This document shows positions 9,331-18,448 of a DNA stretch of 58,830 nucleotides, in pieces. A model generated the notes under the pieces. The model saw nothing but the letters and a program-made list of their open reading frames with translations, had not been told where the DNA came from and ran no database searches. Positions within the stretch are counted from its first letter, which is position 1, and the number at the start of each line of letters is the position of its first letter. A program made the position numbers and the translations under genes. The stretch spans positions 1 to 58,830 of the IMG/VR virus record IMGVR_UViG_3300021344_000002. One strand, 5' to 3'. The DNA comes from a virus. Lineage: Duplodnaviria > Caudoviricetes.

Positions 9331-9589
9331 AAAAGATGGCCTTGTCTGTCAAGCATTCAGGGCATATTCGAGATCCTCGCGGCTTGTTCATGACATAGGT
9401 AAATGTCCTTACATCCTTAAATTCACGGCACAGTCCACATTTCCATTGATTTCGCTCATACTCTATCTTGTCCATCAACGTTTGGTAATCTACCTCGGCG
9501 AGGAGAGCCAGGATGACTTTTACGTCATCTTCATTTTGGCATCTGTCTGCAATGGACCATGCAATATCGCCTATTTCTATTTCTCTCAT
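9323..9589 (-). CDS. Small zinc-finger protein (CxxC...CxxC)
   Basis: CGLC and CPEC. Confidence 0.6.
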   Translation of the reverse strand: MREIEIGDIAWSIADRCQNEDDVKVILALLAEVDYQTLMDKIEYERNQWKCGLCREFKDVRTFTYVMNKPRGSRICPECLTDKAIFCE

Positions 9590-9619
9590 CGTATCTTGTC
9601 CCTTGAGTATTAACCGAAA

Positions 9620-10531
9620 TTACAGATCTAAGGCAAAGCTGCTGGATTCAGATGGCATTACATGTTGGTAACGCATCATCACCATTGGGCTCTTCCACCC
9701 CATCGTTTCTTGAATGACTCGCTGTGAAGCTTTGCCCATTGTATGAGTTGCGTGGGCATGTCGAAAGAAGTGAGGCGAGGCTTTTATTCCAGCTACGCGG
9801 GCGATGCGAGAAACGATCTGCCAAACGCGGGCTTCAGTCATGCGATAGGATGATACGCCGTTGTGATAAGAGAGCTGTCTGGTTGCAAAGATGTACGCCT
9901 CTGGATTGTCTTGGTCGGGCTTGATGGTCTGCAATGCTTTCCAGGCTTTCTGGTGCAAGAGCACAGCGCGGGTTTCACGTTCTTTCCCGAAGACGGTAAT
10001 TTGTCCTGTGTCTCCTTGCTCACGTGCGTCTTTCCATTGGAGGTTGCATAATTCCTCACAACGAATGCCGCTGGCATAGAGTAGTAGGATTAAGACATAG
10101 TTACGCTGGCTACCACTCTTCTTTGCTTCATAGATGATGTGTTGAATCTGGGCAGGCGTAAGAATGCGCTCTGCCAACGTGTCTTTTGCCTTCGGCGGTG
10201 TGAGGCCAGATCCCACATTGAAAGGGATATAGCCTTGCTTCTGAGCAAAAGTTAGCAACGATTTGATGACATAGAGCATACGTCGTTGCGTGTCCACACT
10301 GCTATATGCGCAACGTATCCACTCATCATAATCTTGTAAGTCTGGGAGCGTGACCTCACCTATAGACTTACCGACCTGCTGATAGAAAACGGTGATATCC
10401 TGAACATAAGCTTTTTTTGTGTGAGGGCTGTTCTTGGATCGAAGCCAAGAACGAACCGCCGTCATGTCGGACCCCGGCGTATTGACTGGGAGAAGGGTCA
10501 GAGAGGGCGACGGAATGATGTCATTGCGCAT
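9620..10531 (-). CDS. XerD/ResD-like tyrosine recombinase (resolvase type)
   Basis: SPHTKKAY SAM domain; SGIR, FGK, HFFRH, GW, RY catalytic residues; 303 aa, no arm-binding domain. Confidence 0.9.
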   Translation of the reverse strand: MRNDIIPSPSLTLLPVNTPGSDMTAVRSWLRSKNSPHTKKAYVQDITVFYQQVGKSIGEVTLPDLQDYDEWIRCAYSSVDTQRRMLYVIKSLLTFAQKQGYIPFNVGSGLTPPKAKDTLAERILTPAQIQHIIYEAKKSGSQRNYVLILLLYASGIRCEELCNLQWKDAREQGDTGQITVFGKERETRAVLLHQKAWKALQTIKPDQDNPEAYIFATRQLSYHNGVSSYRMTEARVWQIVSRIARVAGIKASPHFFRHAHATHTMGKASQRVIQETMGWKSPMVMMRYQHVMPSESSSFALDL

Positions 10532-10558
10532 GCAATCTCCTAAAGATGAGCTTTTTTT

Positions 10559-10590
10559 GAGTTATGGATAACGCTACTTATCCATAACTC
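10559..10590. other. Putative recombination site, perfect 13-6-13 inverted repeat
   Basis: GAGTTATGGATAA-CGCTAC-TTATCCATAACTC immediately upstream of the recombinase. Confidence 0.75.
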
Positions 10591-10608
10591 ACTGCCTCAT
10601 TTTAGCTT

Positions 10609-10646
10609 CGCCGAACCACGTTGTCAAGGTTCCGCCGAACCACGTT
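10609..10646 (+). repeat. 14-bp direct repeat CGCCGAACCACGTT, 2 copies (accessory/operator sites)
   Basis: 10609-10622 and 10633-10646. Confidence 0.8.
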
Positions 10647-10729
10647 TTGAGGTTCCACTGAGCTAGCTTGCTGCAACCACTGCCATCCGCTATACTGTCA
10701 GGAAGCTATGCACAGGAGACAACGGACAA

Positions 10730-10948
10730 ATGAAGAAGGCGGAGAACATCAAAGACTATTGCACTGCCCACGAGGCAGCTCAGATATTAACGGTGAACCG
10801 TGGAAAAAAAGTACATGTCGGCTATGTATCAAAAATGGTGAAAATGAAGAAATACCACATCAAGACGGCGAGATTTCGAGATCGATTGATGTATCATCGA
10901 GGCGATATCGAGGAGTGTGTTATTGGTGTTGCGCCGGTATCGGTGTAG
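10730..10948 (+). CDS. Excisionase/MerR-like HTH protein
   Basis: YCTAHEAAQIL...YHRGDIE; divergent from the recombinase. Confidence 0.65.
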   Translation: MKKAENIKDYCTAHEAAQILTVNRGKKVHVGYVSKMVKMKKYHIKTARFRDRLMYHRGDIEECVIGVAPVSV

Positions 10949-10962
10949 AAAGAAAGAGAGCA

Positions 10963-11244
10963 ATGATGAACAAAGGAGTGATTCAGATAGATAGGAAATT
11001 GTGGGAGAAAATAGGAAGTCCGAGCCTACGTGACGTATCCCACGCTCTCCTTCTCCCTGATGACTATCATGTTGTGGGAGTCGTAGAAGACAGGGTCAGT
11101 CCTATAGAAACTGTGGTGAAGGTCTACGTTGTCAGTGGGCTGATCATTGATTCACTGGGAATAGTAGAACTTAAACCAGTGTATAGACGCGAGGATGGAG
11201 AGACCTTCTTCGATCATATGGAGACAATGGGAAAGGGAGAATAG
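10963..11244 (+). CDS. Hypothetical protein
   Basis: Purine-rich RBS. Confidence 0.55.
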   Translation: MMNKGVIQIDRKLWEKIGSPSLRDVSHALLLPDDYHVVGVVEDRVSPIETVVKVYVVSGLIIDSLGIVELKPVYRREDGETFFDHMETMGKGE

Positions 11245-11246
11245 CT

Positions 11247-11444
11247 ATGATAGATCACGATTTGGGCGGCTATACCGTCTACCAGGTGCACTATCGCCTG
11301 AAGAATGCCAAGAGGATACGATGTGCCTATAGCGGCGACGACAAAGAGGTCTACGAACAGACGATAGCGGACCTGGAGCAGAGAGAGGATCTACGCTATC
11401 TCTCAAAGTCGGCCACGGTGACTGAGGTGACCTTATTTGATTAA
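11247..11444 (+). CDS. Hypothetical protein
   Basis: SD AGGGAG. Confidence 0.55.
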   Translation: MIDHDLGGYTVYQVHYRLKNAKRIRCAYSGDDKEVYEQTIADLEQREDLRYLSKSATVTEVTLFD

Positions 11445-11493
11445 GTGAACGGTGCATTTCCAGGGCATTCTGTGGGCAACAAGGAGGCATTGT

Positions 11494-11751
11494 ATGAGCG
11501 AGAGAGTTTTCGATTATAGCAATTTTCCAGATGCATCTGCACCTCGCAGATTTGAAGTGCTCAATGCAGAGAATACTGTCTGTGGGTACGGGGTTGAGAT
11601 GTCTAGCGGATTTTGCCTCGCTGAGCAACCAGACTCACCTGATCAATCAGAATGGAGAGTTGGGTTTGCCTCTATCGCAGATGTACAGAGACAACTGACC
11701 ATTCGCTGGATCGATCCTCCATTCAAACGAGACGAGGAAGGGCATTTATGA
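11494..11751 (+). CDS. Hypothetical protein
   Basis: SD AAGGAGG. Confidence 0.6.
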   Translation: MSERVFDYSNFPDASAPRRFEVLNAENTVCGYGVEMSSGFCLAEQPDSPDQSEWRVGFASIADVQRQLTIRWIDPPFKRDEEGHL

Positions 11752-12050
11752 AACAGCAAATCACTCAGGAACAGTTTGAGCAACTTACTCCTGCTCAGCG
11801 TGTGGCATACATCGAATGGACATTGAAGCAAGGTGATCCTGCGCATAGTTATCGTACCATCGGCGATCTCATCCATTTTATCGATGAACATTTTCACGTT
11901 GGCTGGTGGCACGTTGAGCGTTCAGAGCTACGCGACGCCTGGCGAGTCCACGCCAAGTACAATGAGGGGCCAGAGCAACCAGAGCTAATCGATGCGCTCT
12001 GGGAAGCAGTCAAGGCGTTATTAGAGAGCAGGGAACACGACAATGAGTGA
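11748..12050 (+). CDS. Phage hypothetical protein (..ELIDALWEAVK..)
   Basis: ATGA overlap; C-terminal motif recalled from phage small proteins. Confidence 0.65.
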   Translation: MKQQITQEQFEQLTPAQRVAYIEWTLKQGDPAHSYRTIGDLIHFIDEHFHVGWWHVERSELRDAWRVHAKYNEGPEQPELIDALWEAVKALLESREHDNE

Positions 12051-12072
12051 AGTCATCCAATAGCCACCATGT

Positions 12073-12129
12073 GTACACAGGTTGCACCGGGCAACAATGC
12101 TAGCGACGGGTTCAACTCCCGCTGTGTAC
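12073..12129 (+). ncRNA. Miniature tRNA-like structure (57 nt)
   Basis: 8-bp acceptor-like stem GTACACAG/CTGTGTAC; GTTGC/GCAAC hairpin; T-arm CGGG-TTCAACT-CCCG. Confidence 0.5.
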
Positions 12130-12315
12130 TTCTTCGAGACCCAGATTAAACACTGTCCAAATTGCCTCTATCACTGCCTCATTGTTAGCCAGGACCACCG
12201 CTCTTGTATAACTAGCTAACAGATGTTATCATAACTGTAGGTTATCAACGTTATTTCATTGATAACGATGCTCCCCACCAGGGTAGCGCGCATTCGAGTA
12301 CATCAGGACGAGTCA

Positions 12316-12885
12316 ATGAGCGATGAGCAGAATTCCGGCATTCCGACACGTACAACGCGCATAAGTGGGCCTCTGACACCTGAGCAGCGGGAACGGAAAC
12401 AGGCGCGTTTTCTCAAGGAGTATCGGGAATCGGGGAATATCAAGTATTCCTGTAAGGTCGCTGGTATTCATCGCTCAACATTCTATGAGTGGCGTGATCA
12501 TGACGAAGTATTCAAAGCTCAGTTGCCAGATGCTGCGGAGGATGCCCGCGACACGTTAGAGTTTGCAGCGTATGATCGAGCAGTCAAAGGCGTTGAATCC
12601 TTCGTAGTGAGTATGGGGCGCATGGTGTATGAAGAGATCCCGATGCTGGATGATGAGGGGAAACCGAAGCTCGACAAGCATGATGAGCCAATGATGAAAC
12701 ACGGCAAGCCGCTTGTTGAGCGCAAATACAGCGATTCACTGCTTATCACGCTGCTCAAAGCCAATATGCCGAAGAAGTATAAAGACAAAGTGGAACTGAC
12801 AGGGAAAGATGACGGCCCTATAGAAGTTGAGTATGTAACCGAATGGGGCGGCGGCTCCCTGGATGAGGAAGAAGGCGAGGCATAA
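12316..12885 (+). CDS. terS: Terminase small subunit
   Basis: HTH (SCKVAGIHRSTFYEWR), KYSDSLLITLLKA..P.KY, ELTGKDDGPIE; directly upstream of terL. Confidence 0.85.
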   Translation: MSDEQNSGIPTRTTRISGPLTPEQRERKQARFLKEYRESGNIKYSCKVAGIHRSTFYEWRDHDEVFKAQLPDAAEDARDTLEFAAYDRAVKGVESFVVSMGRMVYEEIPMLDDEGKPKLDKHDEPMMKHGKPLVERKYSDSLLITLLKANMPKKYKDKVELTGKDDGPIEVEYVTEWGGGSLDEEEGEA

Positions 12886-12890
12886 GTGCC

Positions 12891-14222
12891 TTGCCAGACA
12901 GTGCACCTTCAAAACCGAAAATAACGCTCTATAGTCCGCATCGAGGACAGCGGCGCATCCATAAGAGCAAGATCCGCTTTCGCGTGGTGGCGTGCGGCAG
13001 ACGGTTCGGCAAGACCTTGATGGCCTGTAATGAGATCGTCAAGTTTGCCCTCGATCACAAGCATGCCAATTGCGCATGGGTGGCTCCCTGGTTTAAGCAA
13101 GGCAAGATTGCCTACCGCTTCATTCGTCGGGCGTTTGCCAAGTCTGGCAAGAAGATCATTGTTCGCAAGTCTGACAGCGATCTGCGCCTTGAGTTCGCGA
13201 ATGGCTCGGTCATTCAGTTCTTCAGCGCGGAGAACTACGACTCAATACGCGGCGAAGGCTATCATTTCTTGGTGATCGATGAGGCTGGGGATGCACTCAG
13301 AGATCCGGCAATCTGGACCGATGCAATCCGGGCCGCGCTCTCAGATACCAATGGCTATGCACTGATCATTGGGACCCCAAAGGGTCGCAATCTCTTCTTT
13401 CAACTCTTTGCTCGCGGCGATGACCCGGAATATCCCGATTGGGCTAGCTTCCATGCCAGGACATCGGACAACCCGTATATTCCGAAGGCAGAGATCGAAG
13501 CGGCAAAGAAGGAGCTGCCAGATGACGCGTTTGATCAGGAATATGATGCACGATTCCTGGAAGAGGGCGCGGGCGTTTTTAAGGGGATCGATGCCTGTAT
13601 CAAGGGGAAACTTGATCCGAACTACGAGCGGGTAGCAGGCCATGCGTATGTTCTAGGCTTTGATCCAGCGAAGTACCAGGACTACAGTGTCGTGACGGTG
13701 ATCGACTGCCATACCAGGCAGGTGGTGTACTGGCAACGTATTAATCAGATCGACTATACCGTACAGCTTGAAATGGTTGCATCGGTCGCCGATAAGTTTC
13801 ACGCATTTGTCTTGATTGACATGACCGGCGTGGGCGATCCGCTCCTGGAGCAACTGAAGAAACTGAAGCGCGGGCGACATTTTTCGGTAGAGGGGTATCT
13901 CTTTACCAATGCCAGTAAAAAGGCATTGGTAGAACAATTGCAACTTGGTATTCAGCATCGTGACATCGGGTTTCCAGATATTCCGGTGATGCTCAATGAG
14001 TTACGGCAATTTGAATATCAGTTGACGCCAAGCAGAATGTTGACCTACTCAGCACCAAAGGGTGCACATGATGATGCGGTCATCTCACTGGCTTTAGCGT
14101 ATTTCGCGGCATCAACACCAAGACAAGGCGGCGGTGGTGTCCTGCTCGCAGTCGAAGAGAACAAAGAGGCGATACCTCTCACGAGCTGGGAGGAGTTAGC
14201 TGGACAGATAGACTACTACTAA
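12891..14222 (+). CDS. terL: Terminase large subunit
   Basis: Walker A GRRFGKT, Walker B LVIDEA, GTPKG, RNase H-like GFDPA..D..HDD. Confidence 0.95.
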   Translation: MPDSAPSKPKITLYSPHRGQRRIHKSKIRFRVVACGRRFGKTLMACNEIVKFALDHKHANCAWVAPWFKQGKIAYRFIRRAFAKSGKKIIVRKSDSDLRLEFANGSVIQFFSAENYDSIRGEGYHFLVIDEAGDALRDPAIWTDAIRAALSDTNGYALIIGTPKGRNLFFQLFARGDDPEYPDWASFHARTSDNPYIPKAEIEAAKKELPDDAFDQEYDARFLEEGAGVFKGIDACIKGKLDPNYERVAGHAYVLGFDPAKYQDYSVVTVIDCHTRQVVYWQRINQIDYTVQLEMVASVADKFHAFVLIDMTGVGDPLLEQLKKLKRGRHFSVEGYLFTNASKKALVEQLQLGIQHRDIGFPDIPVMLNELRQFEYQLTPSRMLTYSAPKGAHDDAVISLALAYFAASTPRQGGGGVLLAVEENKEAIPLTSWEELAGQIDYY

Positions 14223-14236
14223 GGAAGGGTGTTAAT

Positions 14237-14476
14237 TTGCAGCCAACAGCAGAAGAAATGAGGCAGATGCTTCTTGAGCGGATTGAGCAAAACTTTACCT
14301 ATCACGCGCCCAAGGGAAATCAACCACAGCGCTATGAGCAACTACGGAACAAGGCGAAAGAGCTAGCCTTGCTCATCATAGATCTGACACCACTATCACG
14401 AGAGCAATCATTAGCGCTGACAAACCTGGAAGAGGCTGTAATGTTTGCCAATGCAGCCATTGCGAGAAACGAATAA
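14237..14476 (+). CDS. Acb2/Tad1-like hairpin-domain protein (candidate signalling-nucleotide sponge)
   Basis: NFTYHAP..Q..RYE.LR..AKELA..I....P.SRE.SLALT.LEEAVM.ANAAIAR. Confidence 0.6.
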   Translation: MQPTAEEMRQMLLERIEQNFTYHAPKGNQPQRYEQLRNKAKELALLIIDLTPLSREQSLALTNLEEAVMFANAAIARNE

Positions 14477-14480
14477 TCAT

Positions 14481-14593
14481 GTGAGCGTGGCGGAAGAGTA
14501 GACGCTAGGATAGGCTATCACGGGATATGCCCTTTGGGTAGATAGACATCCGAGACCATCCATCATGCGTGGTGCAAATCCACGCCGCTCACC
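14481..14593 (+). ncRNA. tRNA-like RNA with expanded anticodon region
   Basis: Acceptor GTGAGCG/CGCTCAC; D-arm GCG-GAAGAGTAGA-CGC; T-arm GCGTGG-TGCAAAT-CCACGC; ~60-nt internal domain, no canonical anticodon loop. Confidence 0.6.
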
Positions 14594-14631
14594 TATTTTA
14601 TTGATGACGTAAAGAAAGGAGGCACATAACA

Positions 14632-17532
14632 ATGCGTATGCCGAGATGGCTTGATTGGCTGCTCTATGGTGGCTCTACGCAGCTTGTCGCTGTGCCTCCT
14701 GTGCAGGAGATTGCAGTACTCAAACAGGCAGAGGAGGCGCGAGGACGCTCATCGTTGATCTTCGATAGCCACATCATGACAGAGGCTGCGTCATCGAAGA
14801 ATCCGCAAGCAGTGTCGTTGGCCTGGGATGAAGGCCGCGCATTCGGCTACAACGTCGCACCGCAAAACTGGATGGGGATGACGCCACGGGAGCGCAAAGA
14901 AACGCTGCTCTCCATCTTCCTCGCCAATCCGTGGGCATCGAATTGTATAGACACCATCGCCCTCTACATTACCTCTGGGGGATACACCATTGAGCCTCGC
15001 GTAGACAAACCCGATGAACGCCAACGCGATGATATCGAGGCATTCCTGCGTCGGATCAATGAGGATTGGGATTTTGATCAGTATGTCTATGACCAGCTCA
15101 CCGACGAAGACATCTTCGGTGAGTGCTTCACAGAATTTACGATGAAGCAGGGGAAGCCCTACCAACTCTTTCCTATCGATTGCTTAACGATGGACACGGA
15201 GCATGACAAATATGGCCGTGTCACGCGGTACAAGCAGCAATTGACTTCAACCAGCGTGGTCAATGTGCTGGACCCGAAAACCATTGTCAGATGGTGGAAT
15301 CCCCATAAACGCGCTAAGGTTGATCCATTCTCGCCGTTAGAGGGTATCCAGGACGCGATCCTCCTCGACAAAAAAATGGTCAATTGGACGACAACCTTCT
15401 TCCAAAAAGGGGCAAAGTTTCCCTTTAGCGTTGAGGGGATCAGCGATCAAGACGAAGCTGATCGCTTTCTGACCTGGTTCAAAGCCAACTATACCGGTGA
15501 AAAGAATGCACAGACGCCGTTTGTGGCGTGGGGAGGCGCGACGCTCAAACCGATGGGTAAAGGCAGTATTGATATCGACTTTGACAAAGGGCTAGATCGA
15601 CAACAATCTATCGTCCTCGCTAACTTCCACGTGCCTCCATCTATCGCCTGTATTTCCGAGACGGGCAATAGACTTACCGATATGAGCGATAGCCAGCGCA
15701 AGATCTTGCAGTACATCGCATGTGATCCGCGCCGCCGCCGCTTTTTCGAGAAGTTTAATTATCGGCTGATTCACCCCTTCTTTGGTGAAGACTACTATGT
15801 TTCGACACGCTACGCAGACCTCCGCTCAGAAACAGATCTTGCAAAGGTTGCTGATATGCAGGTGCGCAATGGGACACGGCTTATTGATGAAGTGCGCCAG
15901 GAAGAAGGCAAAGACGCCTATCCTGATGGTATTGGTCAGGTGCCGGTGATTGTCGTGACCCGCGAAGTAATTCCGGTGCCTAGATTGAAGGATCTCGAAA
16001 ATGAGCAGAAGCAAACGGCGCAAGTAACCCTCGACCAGGCCAAAGCCAATGCTGACCTGGCACAGACCAAAGCGAAGCAGGCCAAAGAGAACCCGGAAGC
16101 CGCGTTGTCGCAAAAAGGACAACAAAGCGATACATCAAATGCGACGCCAGCAAAGAAGGCAAAGCAAGATGACGGTGAAGGAGAGGGGTCACAAGAGAGC
16201 GCATCAGATCGTCCTGCCGTCGTGCAACAACATACTGGCATGATGGTCGCCTTCACCCTTGATCCAAAGACATCACAGCAGCTCACTATCCCTGGCGGTG
16301 AACCACCAGAAGACATGCATATCACCCTGGCCTATCTGGGAGATACGACCGATTTCATGGGGAATATTGACCATTTAGTGGGAACTATTGACCTCTTTGC
16401 GAGAACAATGCAGCCATTGAGTGGCCGTGTCTCTGGCATCGGGCGCTTCATCACTGACGGGCAGGATGTGACGCCTGTGTATGCGAGCGTGGATATGGAA
16501 GGGCTTCAATCGTTTCACGACGAGCTACTCGATGTGCTCACGTCAATGGGCTATGAACCTGCTTCAACGTTTACCTATAATCCACATATCACACTAGCCT
16601 ACATCGATAGCGATGCGCCCATGCCAGTTGAGGATATCTCGAATGTTCCCTTGCATTTCGATACCCTTTGTCTCGCTGTCGGGGATACGCGGCATTTCTT
16701 CAAATTAGGCGGTGACTCATTGCCACCGACAAAGGAGAATCATGAAGAACAAGAGACGCACCAGGGTCAGGGCAACGAACCGCTATATCCGACACAAGAA
16801 TCTCTCGGCCGAGACAGCGTTACCGGTGAAAGTACAGCCGATCAAGGCAAAGCAGAGCTAACATCCTGGATAACATCGCTGTTCTCGACGATGAAAGAGC
16901 GTGGTGCATCGCTATCGCCTACGACGGCTACGGCTGCCAGTGCCTACACCTTCAGTGACCAGGAGCAGGCAGAGCTAGCACAAAAGCTGGCAGAGGTCAA
17001 CGTAGCAGCACAGCATTTCGCCTACGAGCGCGATATGGTCGCTGTTGGGTTGGCCCAGAGTCCTACTGAGGAAGGGTTGTTCTCGAAAGTTGGCGATGTC
17101 CTCTCATGGGGCCGTGAGCAGGTAGCGTCGATCACTTCAACGATGCAAGAAATGCTCTCGAATTTCCTGAGTGGGTTGACCGCTGATGCGAAGGTGGCTG
17201 AGCAGGTCGGCGGCTGGATTGATCGCTACAGCGCCTACAAATCGCCGCAGATCGCCAATGTGGCATGGGGAACTGGTGCCAACGATGGTAGTATGACAGC
17301 GATAGAGGATATCATAGATGCAGCGACAGATCCGAATAAGCCTGCGACAATCTCAACTGATCAGGTCAGAATCAAGGTTGTGCCGAGCTATAGTAGCTCT
17401 GATGCCTGTGCAGACTATGCGGGTCATGACTACGGTATTAATGAATATTTGCAGTTGGGCGTGTCGTGGCCTGCACATCCTTCATGTAGGCACAGTATCG
17501 AAGTGGTCAGGAAAGATGATGGTGAGTCATGA
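14632..17532 (+). CDS. Portal protein fused to a 2H phosphoesterase and a MuF-like C-terminal domain
   Basis: HK97-like portal (FGECF.E, FSPLE, FFQKGA, FHVPPS, IDEVR..EG); two HITLAY motifs (~16318, ~16585); C-terminal C..(x)..PAHPSCRH. Confidence 0.85.
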   Translation: MRMPRWLDWLLYGGSTQLVAVPPVQEIAVLKQAEEARGRSSLIFDSHIMTEAASSKNPQAVSLAWDEGRAFGYNVAPQNWMGMTPRERKETLLSIFLANPWASNCIDTIALYITSGGYTIEPRVDKPDERQRDDIEAFLRRINEDWDFDQYVYDQLTDEDIFGECFTEFTMKQGKPYQLFPIDCLTMDTEHDKYGRVTRYKQQLTSTSVVNVLDPKTIVRWWNPHKRAKVDPFSPLEGIQDAILLDKKMVNWTTTFFQKGAKFPFSVEGISDQDEADRFLTWFKANYTGEKNAQTPFVAWGGATLKPMGKGSIDIDFDKGLDRQQSIVLANFHVPPSIACISETGNRLTDMSDSQRKILQYIACDPRRRRFFEKFNYRLIHPFFGEDYYVSTRYADLRSETDLAKVADMQVRNGTRLIDEVRQEEGKDAYPDGIGQVPVIVVTREVIPVPRLKDLENEQKQTAQVTLDQAKANADLAQTKAKQAKENPEAALSQKGQQSDTSNATPAKKAKQDDGEGEGSQESASDRPAVVQQHTGMMVAFTLDPKTSQQLTIPGGEPPEDMHITLAYLGDTTDFMGNIDHLVGTIDLFARTMQPLSGRVSGIGRFITDGQDVTPVYASVDMEGLQSFHDELLDVLTSMGYEPASTFTYNPHITLAYIDSDAPMPVEDISNVPLHFDTLCLAVGDTRHFFKLGGDSLPPTKENHEEQETHQGQGNEPLYPTQESLGRDSVTGESTADQGKAELTSWITSLFSTMKERGASLSPTTATAASAYTFSDQEQAELAQKLAEVNVAAQHFAYERDMVAVGLAQSPTEEGLFSKVGDVLSWGREQVASITSTMQEMLSNFLSGLTADAKVAEQVGGWIDRYSAYKSPQIANVAWGTGANDGSMTAIEDIIDAATDPNKPATISTDQVRIKVVPSYSSSDACADYAGHDYGINEYLQLGVSWPAHPSCRHSIEVVRKDDGES

Positions 17533-17939
17533 GCAATAACATTACGTGCCCGATCTGTAGTGGTATAACTGGGCCATACGCACGCAAGGTTGCACAGACA
17601 CTCAATAATCTGGGCCAATCAAGATACTATGTCTGTCCTGGTCATGCAACTGAGACGGTGTACAACCGTTGTGTGCGTATTCAAAGCCACCCCGAGAAAG
17701 ACAAAGCAGTTGTTGGTGTAGGTGTTTCTATCGTGGACGCTGAAACTGGCGAGTCTATCCCGAACGTCTTCAGAATCGTGATCACGCTTGATGCTGAAGC
17801 TATCAATACGGCAAAGATCACCTATCATGAGTCTGATGCATCCGGGCATCTTCTTGTGAAGGATAACGATGTGGTGGTGCGTACAGTGGAGAGCGTTGAT
17901 CCTGAAGTTGATATCACGGCTGTTGAGGTGGAGCAATGA
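17529..17939 (+). CDS. Hypothetical protein, N-terminal Zn-binding motif
   Basis: CPIC..CPGH; ATGA overlap. Confidence 0.6.
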   Translation: MSNNITCPICSGITGPYARKVAQTLNNLGQSRYYVCPGHATETVYNRCVRIQSHPEKDKAVVGVGVSIVDAETGESIPNVFRIVITLDAEAINTAKITYHESDASGHLLVKDNDVVVRTVESVDPEVDITAVEVEQ

Positions 17940-18448
17940 GTGAACAATCTGGCGAGGTGGCTCGCATGGGCAATAATTTAGCGGTATTGGTGAGCTTTAT
18001 GGCGCAACTCGGAGTGTCCAGCATGGACTCATCAACCATTGCTGCTCGCGGGTACGATTATGCGTTAATGATGTGCCGAGCCGATGAAGAGCCGCGATAT
18101 CAACGTGGTGAAGAACTACCTGCGCTGCTTCAACTTCAGATGATGGATCGTGCCGCTGATTTACTAAAGTTTGCAATGGAAAAGTTGCACGAGCCGAAGG
18201 CAAAGCATGATGGCAATCTGGATGATCGCGACTCTCATCATAGCTATCACGCTGGTGTCGAATTGCAGGAAGATTATGGTGCGTGCGATGGCAGCAAAGT
18301 TGTCTATATTCACGGTGGACATGGAGACTGTGAATCAAGCTCAATGTATCTCGACCTGAAGCAAGCCCTTTCTCTGCTCTCCTGGTTGCAACAAGAGAAG
18401 TCGATGTTAGCACGACTGATACAGGAGGTGCCACGTGAGCGAGAATAA
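17936..18448 (+). CDS. Hypothetical protein
   Basis: SD GAGGTGG; coupled. Confidence 0.6.
   Translation: MSEQSGEVARMGNNLAVLVSFMAQLGVSSMDSSTIAARGYDYALMMCRADEEPRYQRGEELPALLQLQMMDRAADLLKFAMEKLHEPKAKHDGNLDDRDSHHSYHAGVELQEDYGACDGSKVVYIHGGHGDCESSSMYLDLKQALSLLSWLQQEKSMLARLIQEVPRERE

Noticed and set aside
12073-12129. tmRNA gene or attP tRNA fragment
   Set aside because: Only the T-loop matches; no GGGG 5' end, tag ORF or CCA; the acceptor-like stem closes locally
14481-14593. Functional decoding tRNA or tRNA-Sec
   Set aside because: No 7-nt anticodon loop or TCA anticodon in position; kept only as tRNA-like
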